From assembly GCA_964187785.1 (NCBI GenBank), contig OZ076409.1, forward strand, positions 8,434,001-8,498,000: 64,000 bases of DNA. Direction: 5' to 3'. Of the stretch, positions 48,203-62,270 are shown one piece after another. Made by a program: the position numbers and the translations under genes. The DNA is from Amphiscolops sp. MND2022 (Eukaryota). The notes under the pieces are model-generated. The model made no database searches. It was given only the letters and a program-made list of their open reading frames with translations, and was not told where the DNA came from. How positions within the stretch are numbered: position 1 is the first letter of the stretch; every line of letters begins with the position of its first letter.

Positions 48203-51200
48203 ATGGATTGCCGCAATGTTAGCACCGAAAACCAGGAAAACGTTGACACCCAGGACGAAAAGGGTGACGTAACTGTTAATGGGAGCATTCTGTCTGATGG
48301 TCACCATCCCCCCGAAGACCCAGGTCACGTGACTCATAATCACGTGACTCATAATCACGTGACTCATAATCACGTGACTCATAATCACGTGATGTTCGGG
48401 GAGGTGGTTGATATAGGCGCGGAGGGGGAGGGCTTGGATGGGTTTGTAGATGACGTCAGAGATAAAGTGGGTTTTGTTTCAACCGCCGCCGACGACAGAA
48501 CGAGTTTCATGTCGACAGACTCTAGTGAAGACACCGCCTTGCCCAGCAATGACTCAACCGATAACGTCAGTGTGGTTGTCAGGTCAGTACCAATGCATGC
48601 ATGATTATTTCTTCGGCTCTTCCACCATTATCGAAATTTTCAAAATGATCTATTTTTAAAAATTCAAACTATTTTGGAAATCAACAGCTTCCTGTTTTTA
48701 GTCACAAAAAGACAGTTATTTCTATCTAACAATCACAGTTGAAATGTGTGAAACAAGTTTTGTTCAAACAAAAAACTATCACAAGAGAAGTTAGTTTCCT
48801 GTTTTGGAAGAAGATTTCACTTTTAATTACGTAATTAAAAGTGAAATCTTCTTCCAGAACAGGAAACCAACGTCTCTTGTGATAATTTTTTCTTTGAACA
48901 AAACTTTTTTCACACATTTCAACTGTGATTATTTTAGATAGAAATAACTGTCTTTTTTGTGACTCAAAACAGGAAGCTGTTGATTTCCTAATAAAAAATG
49001 CGTGACTTCTTAGGAAAAAATAGTGAAAGTTTGTACTGGGATTCTAAGTTGTCTCCTTGAAATCAAATTCAAATTTAGAGGTTTTTGATGCGGTTTTCAG
49101 TCTTTTTAATGTAATAGTTTCACTAGATTTCCAAAAAAACTAAAAACTGGCGGGGGGGCAGAAAAGACCCTAAATTTGCAGCAAACAAGTAACAATGGAA
49201 TGAAGTGGTCTGAACTGGAATTTGTGATTATCAGAGTCCGGCCTCTGGTGGACCAAGAAGTCCGGAGGGGCGATGAACACGTGGTACAAAATCTGGGCAG
49301 CGGAAGTCTCTTGGTAAGGTCATGATCTAGAAGAGATTCAAACAAATTCTTTATTAGATTGTGGAATTTTTTAGATTTGACGTTTTTATAAAAATCCCAT
49401 TGTTTTGCGCGAAGCCCAGACATCAGACAGAACAAGGTTTATCACGTTTCTAGACCGTCGCATTAGTAAAAGCAGCTGAAATTGCTGACTATAGCGTGTT
49501 TTGTTAAAACAGTTTTCGCAAACTTGGTATTTGCTTAGTAGATAATGTTTTTCGACAATCAAACAACCTTTGAACTGACGTCAGCGATGTAATTGTTCGA
49601 ATCTGTTAGGACCGCGTAGATTGCTTAGAGCGAATTTTACTAACTGTCATTTTTGTGCAAAAATGTTCTAGGCTCCATATTTGGGGAAACATAGGGGGAC
49701 TAATCTTCCGGCCGATTATATATGGAATGGATAGTCCGAAGATTATAGAGCATGTAAAGCACTGTCATTTGTGTGACAATCCTTGCATTTCGATTAGGCG
49801 AAAAAATTCAGGATGAAACGCGTCCACTATGATGGAAATGTACCCTCCACGTGTAGAGAAAGTATAAAATTTGTGAGCCTAGGTCATTGATCGTTTTTCT
49901 CTACTTCCGAATTATCCTGATAGACTTAAGTTATAATGCAATGTGCACTTCAGTTAGACTGTTGAACTATTTGTCATTGGTGACAGAGAATGCTTACTTG
50001 GAGTAAAACCAGAGGATATGTAAACATGAAAGTTACCGCATGCCAATTTGAGATGCCGACACCCAATAATGTAAGTGTGTGTAAATGATCACGGAACGTG
50101 AGGTTGTGGTCACTAGAAATACTTGGGATGATTAAAATTAAGTGAGGTGGAATCGGAATATACTGGAAAAGACAACAACGAACTAAACGCAGGTTGATCC
50201 TCGAGACGGAGAGGCAAGAAACTCCAAACTTACTTTTGCCTGGAGAGTTGGTTCGTTGGCAGCTAGATATAGATTTTGTGTAAGTTCGGAACTTCGCTTT
50301 GACCTAGCTGTCTGAACTGTGAATTTTCGTTGGTTAGTGAATATTTTCAAAGATTGAGATTTGCCTCCCTTTGGAAAAGTAATTCAATTATTGTTTTCGC
50401 TTTCTTGGTAAATTCAATTGAGCCGAAAGAGCTGTTATTGGAGAGAATCCTAGCAGTACTAGTCTGTTGAAAAGAACCTCACCCACCAAAGCTGATTTGG
50501 CAATCTATTTCTGTTAAACTTAGATTCTTGAGAACTTCTCTCCGCCCTTGAAATCTGAATTTTCCACAGATGTAAACGTACAGTTTTGTTCGCAAATTAT
50601 GTGGACGTTAATTTTTTTCTCGATTCTGTAGATTGACAACGGATGCAGCAAGCCATTCACGTTCAACGCAGTGTTTGACGAGCACACGAGTCAGTCGGAG
50701 TTCTTCGAGAACTGTGGAGTGATGCGATTGGTGGACAAGGCTCTGGAGGGATTCTCTTGCACAGTGTTCGCTTATGGCCCCACTGGCTCCGGAAAAACAC
50801 ACACCATCACTGGACCTGTCGGACATGTAAGTCACCTACAAACATTCTGCACCTGAAGGGGAACTTTTTTTGTGCTCGCAAAACCAACCCCCCCCCCAAA
50901 AAAACACAGTTACCGTTTTAGATGAATATTCGATTTAAAAAAACACTGAATTCTTTCTGAAGTATCTTGAAACAAGGACACAATATAAAAAAGGCAGTGT
51001 ACATTCAATTATTAGAAAACAGGAATTTTAAGAAAAACAATTGTAATTAAGGTCATTACATAGAATCAGGTAAAACTAAAATTGCTCCAGCATTTCGCAT
51101 TTCATACCTATAGCTGCTATTTGATGGTCATTTTTGACTTTATTGATAAAAATGGTTTTTTGATAGTGGGATAGCTACAACTTTTTTCTTTCAATTCGGA

Positions 51201-54200
51201 AGGCAGACTATTCCAAAACTTATTTTTGAAAAAAAACTTTTTTTGGTAGAAACTACTTTTTAACTGTGCATTGAAAGTCAGTTTATTGGTTCTAAGATTT
51301 TTTTCTTACATGAGAAGCCTTTTTAATTTTCACATTTCCTTGAAATGCAGAAAGTGGGTAGTTTTCAAGACAAATCAAGGAGTACGAACTCTTCATATGA
51401 GATACTTTTTGATGACGAAATTTCACAACCGGCTCTAGGATTCAATTAGATCATTAGATCGCGTTTCCAAATTTCCATGGGATCGCGTTTTGAGAACCTG
51501 GGTACATTACAAAGTTTTTTTATTAAAAACATACTTTTCGAAATATATAGTTCAATCATGAGTAAGCAAAAAAGAATGAAAGAATTACATAGCAATCAAA
51601 ACACTAATTCCAAAAACTATAATTGGAAAGATTAGCTAGCTTTTAACATAATAAATAAAAAACATCAAAGTGATGTAGAAATCGAAACTTTAAGTTTTGA
51701 TTGATCTAAGGTGTATGATAACTTTTTTTAATAGTATGAGCTCGTTAACGATAAATTAGTTATGTTTTTATCGTTTTGTTTTCATTTTAAAAATCAATTG
51801 ATTTAAAAATGAAAACAAAACGATGAAAAGTTGACCAATTAATCATCCAAAGTAATGTATGTGTTGTTTTCAGCTGGAAAACGTGAAGGCAGACCAGTTC
51901 GGATTAATCCAGAGGTCGTTCATGTACCTTTTCAACCAGATCAACGCCCAGAGTGATGTCTTCTATTATCTCAAGGTCTCCTATCTCGAGGTCTACAACG
52001 AAAAGGTGAGTAACTATCCTTTGTGATGATCTGCTTCTTTTTAGTAGGCGCATTTTAGTAGAAAATGTGCCCCGACTCTTACAGTGGGTAGTTTTTTTTA
52101 GACACGAAAGGTCCACTTTTTTGTTCATTTGTTCAACAACGTCAAACCTCAACAACTTCAAACCTCAACAACTCCAACCTCAGAAGCGCGTCCAAAACGA
52201 AAAGAAAAAACAAAACAGACGTCCAGAACCTCGAAAACACACTAAAGATCCCACCTTAGCCCCACTTTTTTTCGTCACTATGCGACTTTTTTTGAAGTTT
52301 TTTGGATTGCACCAGAGGGTCCCCGCTTCATTTGTTTCGATATTTTGCAACACAATGGATGTTAAAAAATCGCAAAGGGTCCCCCTTTTACATTTTTCGG
52401 CACTGTGACACTGTTCAAAAATCTCATTTTAAAAAAAATTTTGGAAAATTTTTTCATGTTCCCAAAAAGTCCCTCCCCCCTTCAATTTTTTTTTCATTTT
52501 TTGCAACCAGCTGGAGTTTCACAAAGCCCGAAGGGTCCCCCCTTTTCAATTTTGAGCTTTAGATATGGCGCCGACTTTGGCCGTTCACGGCTTGTTTTTT
52601 GAAATTTTTTGTGTAGGGGGATGACAATCATCATCTCTATAGCGTTTTGTACAAATTCTGCCAAATCTCCTGTACTGTATTACTCCATTTAGTATGTGGA
52701 TGTTTTTGTCGCCGTGACCCAGTTGGTAGTGCGTCCTCCGGGCAGACAGGAGGTTGTGGGTTCGAATCCCGGCCGGAGCCTGAAACTTTTGTGGCGAGAA
52801 TACGCTGGTGCTTATCAGGCCTCTTGTAACATTGCCATGTGTCTTCTGGTTCTTAGGGGTTTAAATACACGCTAGACAACGTTGCCTTCTTTTCAATATA
52901 ATATAAAAACCAAAAGACAGCGATAGTTTGTGAGTTGCAATAGCATTTCTTCTGAATCATGACTGATTGAACATGCGATCGGCGGATTCTTTGGTAAAAA
53001 TACAAAAATACCATCTTCGACTAAAATACTATATTCAACAAGACGCCCGCTAAGCACCGGGATATTTTCCGCCCCTTTCGCCTTCAGCAACTGAGCCATA
53101 GCTATTTTGGGAGGGGGAATAGGATCTAAAGAATAAGATCTAAAATTGAGCGATTCTAGATCTTATTCCCTTTAGATCTTATTCCCGTCTGAAATTTTCG
53201 ATCTTATTCCTTTTTTTGACTTTAGATATTATTCCCCTTTCTGCGCTAGCTTTCAGCTTCTAAGCTAGCTTTTCCCCTTCTAAGCGATTAGGAGATAGTC
53301 AAGTGGATGGAGTAGTCAAGTGGAGTTTTGGCAGATTTTGGAAAAAAAATGCATCACAGATCATGAATTTGCTATCTCAAAACTCTGTTTGATAATATTA
53401 ATAAACAACCTTTTTGCTTTTGTTGATTTTGTTAGTTTATACGATGCGATCACTGTTGTTTTCATGGACAATTACCAACACAATAAAGACAATATGATCC
53501 CTTCCTGTCTTTTCAACCCGAATTGTATAAAGGCGATTGTAGAACTTTTTTGCTAGAGGGTTGGAGAGGAATCCCAATGCTCGATTCTAACAGAAAGGTT
53601 TAGTTTTTGGCGAGTAAGTTTCGTTCACGTATCGCGTACTCTTTTCACAAGGTCTCCCCAGTGCTCAAGTTTCGACTCCAAAACACTGTGGAAAAGTTAC
53701 TTGCAATTAATACTCTAATTCAGGAATTATCTGGATAATACAAGTCGAAGATTTCCACAATATATAAACTCTCAATCAAATAACAATAGCACAGCGGGCG
53801 AATGAATTATATACAATAACTCGACAAGACTGTGCCAGAATCACGATTCACACTAAGATTTCCAAGTCCCGGACTTGTAACTAATTCGCTGCTCTCACAA
53901 AGCAGTTAAGTCAAATTCGATATCGAGTAGGTTTCTTGCCCGCACACGGCTCAACTTACTCATAACTTCGTAATCGTTCTTCTGTGTCTATTCGGTCTCT
54001 TTTTCCCTCCCTGAGATGTTTATTCATCAGCCGCATTTTTGTTGTACCGGTGTCGCTCTTTTATTTGCTTGCTTTTGACTTCATTGCATGCTTTATTCCT
54101 TTTATGGCATGACAGCTCCCTAGTTATGTTTCGGCCAGACATACTTCGCCGCCAACGACAAATACTTCAACAAAGATTGTACAAAGTTCACATTTCAATA

Positions 54201-57200
54201 ATAATTCAAGTCAACCAAGATATTTCCAATATCGAGCCAATCGTTTAGTGACTTTCAATTACATGGTTTACATGCTCTCTACGTGTGAGGGTTACGTTTC
54301 CGTCCTTTTGGGTGCAATGCATCGCGAATCGTTCTGCCTGGCTGAATTGCATAAATTATCACTTAAAGACGCTGATTTACATGTTTTATCATAAGTTTCT
54401 CTATTTGTTCCTAGGTTGCATCTAAAATGACCTTGAGGTCCATCGGTGACCTTGAAGTTAATTGCCCTCATCCAGTGTTGCTACATGCCAAGTTATATCA
54501 TCCTAGGGTCAATAGTCTTCGAGTTACATGATATGCGTATGGTTTGTTTACTTCAGGCGGTTACCCCCGCATGGGTTACAAATATGGTTCCCTTCACGTT
54601 ATTAATCGACTACATTCATCATTCTGGTTCGTTTGAGGTATTACAAGCCAAAGTCAAATGTCTTTTATCGGTTGGGCCCGCGTGCGGTCCTGCGTGCCTT
54701 AAACAAACATTACTCCGCGCGTGGGGGACCGATTCATGTATCTTTCCAGTATATTAGTTAGGGTTACTAGGTGAACATCGTGGGTAAGTTTCATGATCTT
54801 AGGGTCATCCGGTGGCTATTTACACAACGTTCCGGGTTTATTTACTTAGGGTCCGTGCTCCTCCTACGCGCGTCGTAGGGTTCCCAAAACATTCGCAAAC
54901 GGCTTAATATCATATGGGCTATCGATCCTATATATAATACGACTCATTCCGTGCTTGGCCGACAAGTTCATAGGGGGGTCGACCTAGGTCACTTCCGGTG
55001 CTAATAGCCCGGGACTGGGGGGTCTCGGCTCGGTTCCGTTTTCATAGGCGAGTAGCATAACACCTCAGGTATACGTGTGCCAAATTTCAGCGGGATCGGT
55101 TCAGTAGTTCGCCGGGACGGGGGAGTGGTGTTTTTTCCCTCAGATCTCTTTTTCCGTCTTAAATAAAGACTTAGTAAATTTCGCTCGCGGGGATCGATTC
55201 TAACTTAGCTAACTCGGATCGTTTCGTTGTTGGTGTCAATTCTATCTTGCTCAAACAATCAAATTTACTCTTTCTACATTCCGTTTGCCAAATAAGCCAG
55301 ATCGAAACATGCTATTGTCAGCCTGTTCAGCTGTTTTCACTATTACGACGGTCTAAAAACGTGATTAATATATTTCTGTCGATCGTATGCACTTCGCGCA
55401 ACGCAATGGGTTTTCGTAGACGCCAAAAACTAAAATTTCCACAGCGATTACAGTTTCTCTAGTGCCCGACTATTACAGTGCGAAATTTTTTTCGTCAGAT
55501 CACATTATCACCTTGTATGGTTCACTTTTACAACGCAAATTGTGTTTTAGTAAGTAGGAAGCGAAGGTTCGAAATGATTGCTCTATATTCAAATTTTTGA
55601 CCTTAGATCCGAAGTAAATGTCGCTTTACTTGGGAGGAGGCGGAGGTTGGAATCTCATCTGTTTTCTGCACTAAGCGACTTTTTTTCAGAAGCTTTTTCA
55701 ATCGAAATGCCCTGTTTTGATTTTGAGACACAGTTTTAGTAAAATAGAGGGCCATTTCAAGTTTTTCCGGTAATTACCGAAGATTTTCTTAAAATTTTGA
55801 GAAAACTTTTTCGAAAGTTGTTTTTTCTAATTGTTTATTTTTTTGGGAGGGGGTTGTGTTTCTGAAAGGAAAACCCTTTCCGAGTCCAAGGGTGATCTCA
55901 TCCGTTCTTTTTTTGGTCCTGCGGAGCTGATGAGAGTGTTCTCAATAATTGTATAAAGGACCTACGTATTGTTTTAGCACTGGGCGAATTTTCTTTGAAA
56001 TGAATTTTTGTTTGGTGAAATTGTACCCCCATCTTTTTCATGAATGTTTTCGGCTTGAAAAAAGCGCTTTTTGCAATTTAAAACCTCTTTTAGGCACTAT
56101 GAGAGAAATTAATTTCAAAAAACGGTTTTTTATTGTTTCCAGTGGGGGATAAGTTAGTTTTCGGGTCTTTTGGGTATCCCTTCGAACTTTTTTTAAAAAC
56201 CTTGAGCCGACTTGGACCGTTCCCGGCTTGTTTCTGTTTCAGATGAAATCAAGTTACTATTTGCTCTCGAATAATTTGCAGTAATGTTCACTTTGAAGAA
56301 TAGCAATCTAACTCCGCGATTGTGAATAGATTGGTTCATAAAATGACTGACAGCGTACGATTAGATTTTGAAAATTACTAGGAACTCTCTCGAAAAATCA
56401 ATTCGAACCAACGAATTGGAAGCCTCTCAAAAGTTGAAACACCCATCTTACTTATACGCTCAAAAGAGAACAAGAGTTATTTGAAGTGCAATCGATTTGA
56501 TTGATACATGTTACCACAGAAATGACATTCTTGCGGAATTAGATACAAAGTCAAATGAATTGAGATCAAAAATAATTGGAACCTCTGATGCCCGTTAGAT
56601 GTTGGATCGAAGGCTAAGGATTATCTTAATGTAAGTTCAAGAGACAAGAAACACAACTTGAAAGGCCAGGAACGGGAAATGAAATTGAAGTCGCCGCTTT
56701 TAATCTATTTGATGGCCATGTCAGTTTCTTTTTCAACATTCTTTGTGTTTTAGGTCAAAGATCTCTTGAACCCTGCGGGTCCCGATTCCCTCAAAATCCG
56801 CTGGACCAAAAACAAAGGATTTCACGTGGAGAACTTGTTCACAGTCGAGTGTGAAACAATTAATGACATCATGATCATTCTGGAGGAAGGTATAACAACC
56901 ATCAGTCAACTCAAATTACAACTGAATTGGGAAAATTTGAACCTGGGAGGATATACATGTAGAATAGTTGGAAAAGATTTAAAATTACTTTGGAATGTAA
57001 TTCATGCCATAATTTCATGCTTTGGCTGGCAATGAAGAAAGCATATGTGATTTTTTGAAAATTCAACTCAAATGAAATTTTTAAATCGAGAAAATATTTT
57101 ACTGTTAGTTGGAAATCGGAAATGAGAGGAAAAACTATTTTTTGTTTCATAAAGGATAAAACATGTTCTTATATACTCTTAGTAGTTTTGATGAATTTTA

Positions 57201-58990
57201 TTTTTCCCTCAATGTTTAACTGAAAACTGTACCCGCCAAAAAGAGCACAAGAATCAGTTTTCAGGTTTTTAAATGAAGTTTTCTCATATGGCAGTATTTG
57301 AAAGAAGAAACATCAATTTTTGAAGGCTTTCATAAAATTCAATCATAAATTTGAGAGGCCTAAAACAACTAGTTTCACTCCTAAACAACATGAAACTAAT
57401 TCCATGACAAACTTTTCCCGTTTTTTGCTTATTTGTGTTTTTTTGCCCGCTATGCTCAAACTCCACTAATGTGATTTGTTTTTGAGCATTTCTCCAATTG
57501 ACTTTTTCAGAACAAAATAGGAGCAAAATTTCGCGAGGAAAATTTTGTGATTAAAGTCTTATGGGCGTATTTTGTCATTGTTTAGAATTGAAACAGCTTT
57601 TGCGATTTAGATTTCCGAACTTTCTTATGATTGAATTTTTAGCCGCCTTCCAAAGTTTCACGTCTTCACCTCTGGATTGACGCTACTAATTCTTTTTTGA
57701 CCAACCAAATACTACCATATGGAAAAACTTCATTTAAAAACCTAAAAACTGATTCTTGTGCTCGTTTTCGGCGCTCTGTAAGGCAGAGTTTTGACACCGC
57801 TAATCAGCGATTTAGCGAATTAGCGGCCGCGCATCAATATTTCAGCGATTTCAATAGCGATTCAAATCAGCAGCAGCTAATAGGCTGTCCAAAATCAAAA
57901 TTTCCTCAGGGTATACTCGGAATGTTAAAATGAATTTCAAAAAACTCAAACCCTTACCCTTCGTAAAACCCACACAATGTAAACAAAAAACAATCTGTTT
58001 TTCTTGCAAAACTTAATTAAGTCATCAATCAATTTTGCTAAAAAACGTTTTCTCCAAACTATTAATTGTTGATTAAAGCAAACATTTAATAGTTTTGAGA
58101 AACTTTTTTTTTCAAAAAAGAGATTTGGAAATTTGCGGTTTAGCGATTAGCGGAAAAAGTGAAACCCTTGCTGTGAGGTTGATAAGTGGGTGCAGGGATG
58201 AAAAAAACTATATTGTATTTAAATACAATGACAATAAATAATATGATATATTTATTTTTAGTTTTCAAGTTGTACAATACAATATATTTGATCTTGGTTC
58301 CAATTCATTCGTGTTCTGGGCTAATATATTTTGATATTCATTTTAATTTTAGCAAGCTCGAGAACAAATGTATTATTTTGGTTTTTACACGAAATACACG
58401 AAACTCGATTCAATTTCAAACATTCGGAATTAGTTACTAGTTGTGTAGAAAAATAGATTTAGTAAGTTTGGTAAAAATAATGGTGGTTATAAATACAGTT
58501 CAAGAAATGTACAAACGAAATCTTTGTTCGAACAATATATTTTTCTCCTCACACAATATTGGCACCATATTTATAAAATTTATTGCAAGCCAGCAACAAA
58601 TAAATATATTTATTTTTTAAAATTTTTGTAACATCATCATCAGCCGCAGTAAATTAGTCTACGTAAATATTTAACAAGTACCTGTCATAATACAGCGTGA
58701 GAAAGTTTGTTTCACAGTTATTGCCATTCTCTATCGATTCGCCAATACTGTTGCTATTGCCACTTTCTTTCATTCTGCCAGTCTTAGATAAAACGTTAAC
58801 TGGGTGGGTGGGTGATTGGTGAGTCATTTAGGGATCAACCACCGGCAGATGGGGGTGTCTAACAGCAACGAGCACTCGAGTCGAAGTCACTGTCTCCTGC
58901 TCTGTGAGGTGTTGAGCGAGAGTGTGAGTCCAGACGACAACACCATGTACATACACAAGAACGGAAACCTCACCTTTGTTGACCTCGCAG
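48203..58990 (+). CDS. KIF12: Kinesin motor-domain gene, KIF12-like; first six exons, continues past the window
   Basis: Exons 48203-48582, 49235-49313, 50632-50826, 51874-52005, 56754-56889 and 58832-58990 join in phase via GT-AG: NVSVVVRVRP, FTFNAVF, GFSCTVFAYGPTGSGKTHT (P-loop), SYLEVYNEKVKDLLN, NEHSSRSH (switch I), FVDLAG (switch II). The KIF12 label rests on remembered similarity (CGV...LEGFSCTVF, RW...GF.VENL). Confidence 0.9.
48326..48392 (+). repeat. Coding 15-nt tandem repeat (CACGTGACTCATAAT x4.5, HVTHN)
   Basis: Four perfect units plus a partial unit in kinesin exon 1. Confidence 0.95.
48676..48988. repeat. Spacer-less foldback palindrome (about 313 bp) in kinesin intron 1
   Basis: Arms are reverse-complementary around TTAC|GTAA (48830/48831), with scattered mismatches. 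Confidence 0.92.
51770..51824. repeat. Short near-perfect palindrome upstream of kinesin exon 4
   Basis: ATCGTTTTGTTTTCATTTT...TCAATTGA...AAAATGAAAACAAAACGAT. Confidence 0.8.
52038..52596 (+). mobile_element. Helentron/DINE-like non-autonomous repeat
   Basis: First about 100 bp nearly identical to the 31690 copy; 3' GGCGCCGACTT, hairpin GCCGTTCACGGC, TTGTT. Confidence 0.68.
52708..52828 (+). mobile_element. tRNA-derived SINE
   Basis: A-box TGACCCAGTTGG, B-box GGTTCGAATCC; tail similar to the 33730 copy; a deleted minus-strand copy lies at about 53036-53103. Confidence 0.6.
53554..55461. mobile_element. Unclassified 1.9-kb putative DNA transposon (TAGAG...CTCTA ends, asymmetric sub-terminal IR)
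   Basis: Perfect 14-bp IR TTTAGTTTTTGGCG (53599) and CGCCAAAAACTAAA (55421); flanks TTGC/GTGC; GC-richer interior. Confidence 0.4.
57784..58170. mobile_element. hAT-type MITE, copy 3 (degraded right end)
   Basis: Same left TIR as 30154; TSD CTGTAAGG/CTGTGAGG. Confidence 0.8.
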
Positions 58991-59027
58991 GTCAGTTCAT
59001 TTAAAAAAAAACAAAATATGGGAGTGA

Positions 59028-59965
59028 AACAAGACGGAAACGTCTAAAGTCGGCGCTTTATCTAAGGCTCAATACCATTCACTTTGCTGCAAATTATCAA
59101 GAAAGTTCCAGGGAAAAGCCTTTGAAGACGTTAGAAAATTTTCGTAAAAAAGTCTCACAGTGCCGAAAAAATTGAAGGGGGAACCCTTTAGTCTCGTCCG
59201 GTTTTGTACGTTACGTTTAAAAAGTAAAAAAAAATGAAAGGGGGACCCTTTGCAATAACGTAGATACGTCTCCCAACTATTCGTTTAGATCGACAAACCG
59301 AGTAAAAATTTCGTCGCATTCGAGTCTGTCTTAAAGAAATAAGACGGGAACGTCTAAAGTCGGCGCTATATCTAAGGCTCAAAAAACGCAAAGTTTTTAG
59401 AACTGTAAAAGAGAGACCCTACGGGGTTTTTGAAAATCCAGTTTGTTGCGAAATATCAAAAAATTGAAGAGGGAAGCTTTTGGAGACAAAAAATTCGATT
59501 TTTTCAATTTTCGAAAAAAAAACGAAAAATGCGAATTTTGAACAGTCTCATAGGGCCGAAAGACTTGAAAGGGGAGACTTTTTGGGCGTTTTGACACTTT
59601 TGTTTGCTGCAAAAGATCAAAAAAAACTTGAATTGAAGGCAAAAAAAATCGAAAAAAAATTCGCACAGTGCCGAAAAAAAAATTGGAAGAAGGGACCTTT
59701 CAGTCTAGTCCGCTTTCGCAAATGATCGAAAAAGTTTCTGGCTAAAGCAAGGACTCGAACGCGTGACCGCTGGGTTCACCTTGAACCGAGAAAAGTCTGT
59801 ACGAAAAGTGGTACATACACGATAAGGTCTGTGGTCTGACGAAAACAATAGAAAAAAACTTGCCACTGTAATAGTCGGATTCTTTTCACTAGAAAAGCGC
59901 CGACTAAAAATCGAGAGACTGTAATAGTCGGGCATTTTTGTCATATAAAAGCGCCGAATGAAAAT
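59028..59965 (-). mobile_element. Tandem or nested Helentron/DINE-like repeats
   Basis: Two AAGACGG(G/A)AACGTCTAAAGTCGGCGC ends (59028, 59340) and two AAGCGCCGA ends (about 59900 and 59955). Confidence 0.65.
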
Positions 59966-62270
59966 TTTGAACAGTTGAAAATCGTAAGATTTTGAACGTG
60001 CAGATGCTAAAAAAACACCGTATTTCATTGACTGACAGCTTGTTGTAGTCGGAGCTTTTTGTGGAACAAAGATGCCCGACTCTTACAGTGACCTTTTGTT
60101 CCAGACCACAGACCTCACATTGAACAGTCCAATTCTTAAAGAATTTCTCTAGGTCTTCCTACATTACCAAAAAGCAATCTCGGGTAATTCCAAAGGGTAC
60201 TACTTTTGGCTACAATAGTTTTAAAAGTTTTTTTTTTGATACTAAGCAACACAGAAAGTTTGGTTTTACTGTTTTTGTCGGCATTATGAGATTTTTCCGG
60301 CATTATGAGAATTTTTTATGACAAATGATCCCTTCCTTGGTTGTTTTGATTTTCTTTTGCACCCAACTGGATGATAAAAAGTCCAAAGGCTCCCATCTTT
60401 TGCGTTTTTTGGCTATATGAGACTTTTTTGAAGTTTTTCGATCCTGTGGAACTGATGAGTTTTCTCAATGACTGTGGAAACGATCGACAGTTCTTTTCGA
60501 CACTATGCGACTTTTAAAAAACCCTTTTCACTTGGCCAAAGGGTTCACTTTGATAAGTGTTGTCGGCCTGAAAAAAGCGTTTGACGAGCGTAAAGTTTCT
60601 TTCTCGGCACTATGAGACGTTTTTGGATATCAGTTTTTGGATGTTTCAAGTTGGAGAAAAGCGGCGTTCAAGACTCATGCGTATCCCTTCTGGTGTTTTT
60701 CGGCACTGTATATTTGATAAAATTTTGACTGAACTTTCCCTTGCAAATTTGAAAAACTTCACTCTTTTGAACCTCAAGCGAGGCGCCGATATGGAGACCA
60801 ATCAAATGTGAGACAAAAAAAAAGAGAATAGCTTCAAAAACAAACATAGAGACGACGAACTATCGCGCTGGGCTTCAATTTTGTTGATGTTGCTCTAGAA
60901 ATCCTCAGCATATTAGATTAGAAGATAGTCTAATTGAATCCGGTCTCAGCTGAGTATGCTTGAAGTTTTTCAATTGCTTTTTTTTGTAAAAAAACAATGA
61001 AGACAAAACTTAGCTTGAGTTTTTGTTTTACTGTATAAACAAACATGGGCAATATACGAGTTTGCTATTTTCAGATACAGGAATTCTAAGCAAAAAATGA
61101 TGGAAAGTAATTTTTCATGTCGTTCTCGAAAGCAAAATCAACGGGACATTTTTTTTCGATTTTTTTTCAAGAAAATTTGAGCCCAGGGACTTGCCGAACT
61201 TCCAATGAAGTTTTTGTTCTCGTCACAATTTCGAGACAAATGTTTAAAATTTAGAAATTTTGATACTAGAATCAAGAAAAAAAGAAAAAAAATGTCGAAT
61301 ATTTTTGGCAAAAAAGCGAAGGCGTCATATTTGATGACGAAATTTTGATGGGAAACGCCTACATCCTTGCCATAGTTTTTAAAGTAGGTTGGTTTCATAT
61401 CCATTTTCAGTTCTGAGAAATATGAGCTGCAAATGGAAAAAATTTCAGACATCCTTTTTCATCCTTGTGTCGCGAAAAAGACAAGAATGTCTCTTTTTTT
61501 TTTCGAGAAAAATATCAACGTCATTTTTAGGCAAACACGTAGCCAGCGAAACTCTTGTACAATTCACGAAACCATCGACTCCGTGTTTGTTTTCTGTTCT
61601 AAAATAAAGATCAATGATGAGAAACACCCAAAAACTGCACTTTTTCAGATCATTTTCGTAAACAAAAACGTAGTAGAATGACTTATGTACAAAAAATTTC
61701 ATAAATAAATAAAGTTTCAAGAGTGTACGCAAAACATCTTGCCGCGTCAATGAATTACTCTTATGGACAGAATGTTATAAAAAGAATTTTCCTCTGCGCG
61801 GTTTTTTTAGCTTCAAAAAAAAGTTCCAGAAATTGTGTAGGAAATTTCCGAATTTTGGACGCCTATTTTGCTGTGAAACAAATTCGCATAATAACGAAAT
61901 TGTCAATACTCTACAGAAAATGTGTTCATGCATCGTTAGTACCTTTTTGGGTCACTTTCAGGTCTTGCTAGAAGTGAAATTAGGCAAAATTAGCTAACAT
62001 CCTACCATTTTTGGAAGTTTTCGTTCTCGAAGCTAATATAACTGCGGTGGAAAATTTTTTGAATATTTTTTTGTCATTAGAGAGAGCATTTAGTTGCGGA
62101 AAATCAAGCTGCCAAAGTGGATAGTCTGGGATGAAAAGGTTTCTAGAAACTAGGTTTCAAAGATTTCAATTGCAGAGGGTATGTCTCGCGAAAATCAAAC
62201 CAAAAATCCAAATGCTTGTAAAAATGGAACTATAGAGACTTCTCGCTAAGTTCGATGCCTCGGAAAAAAC

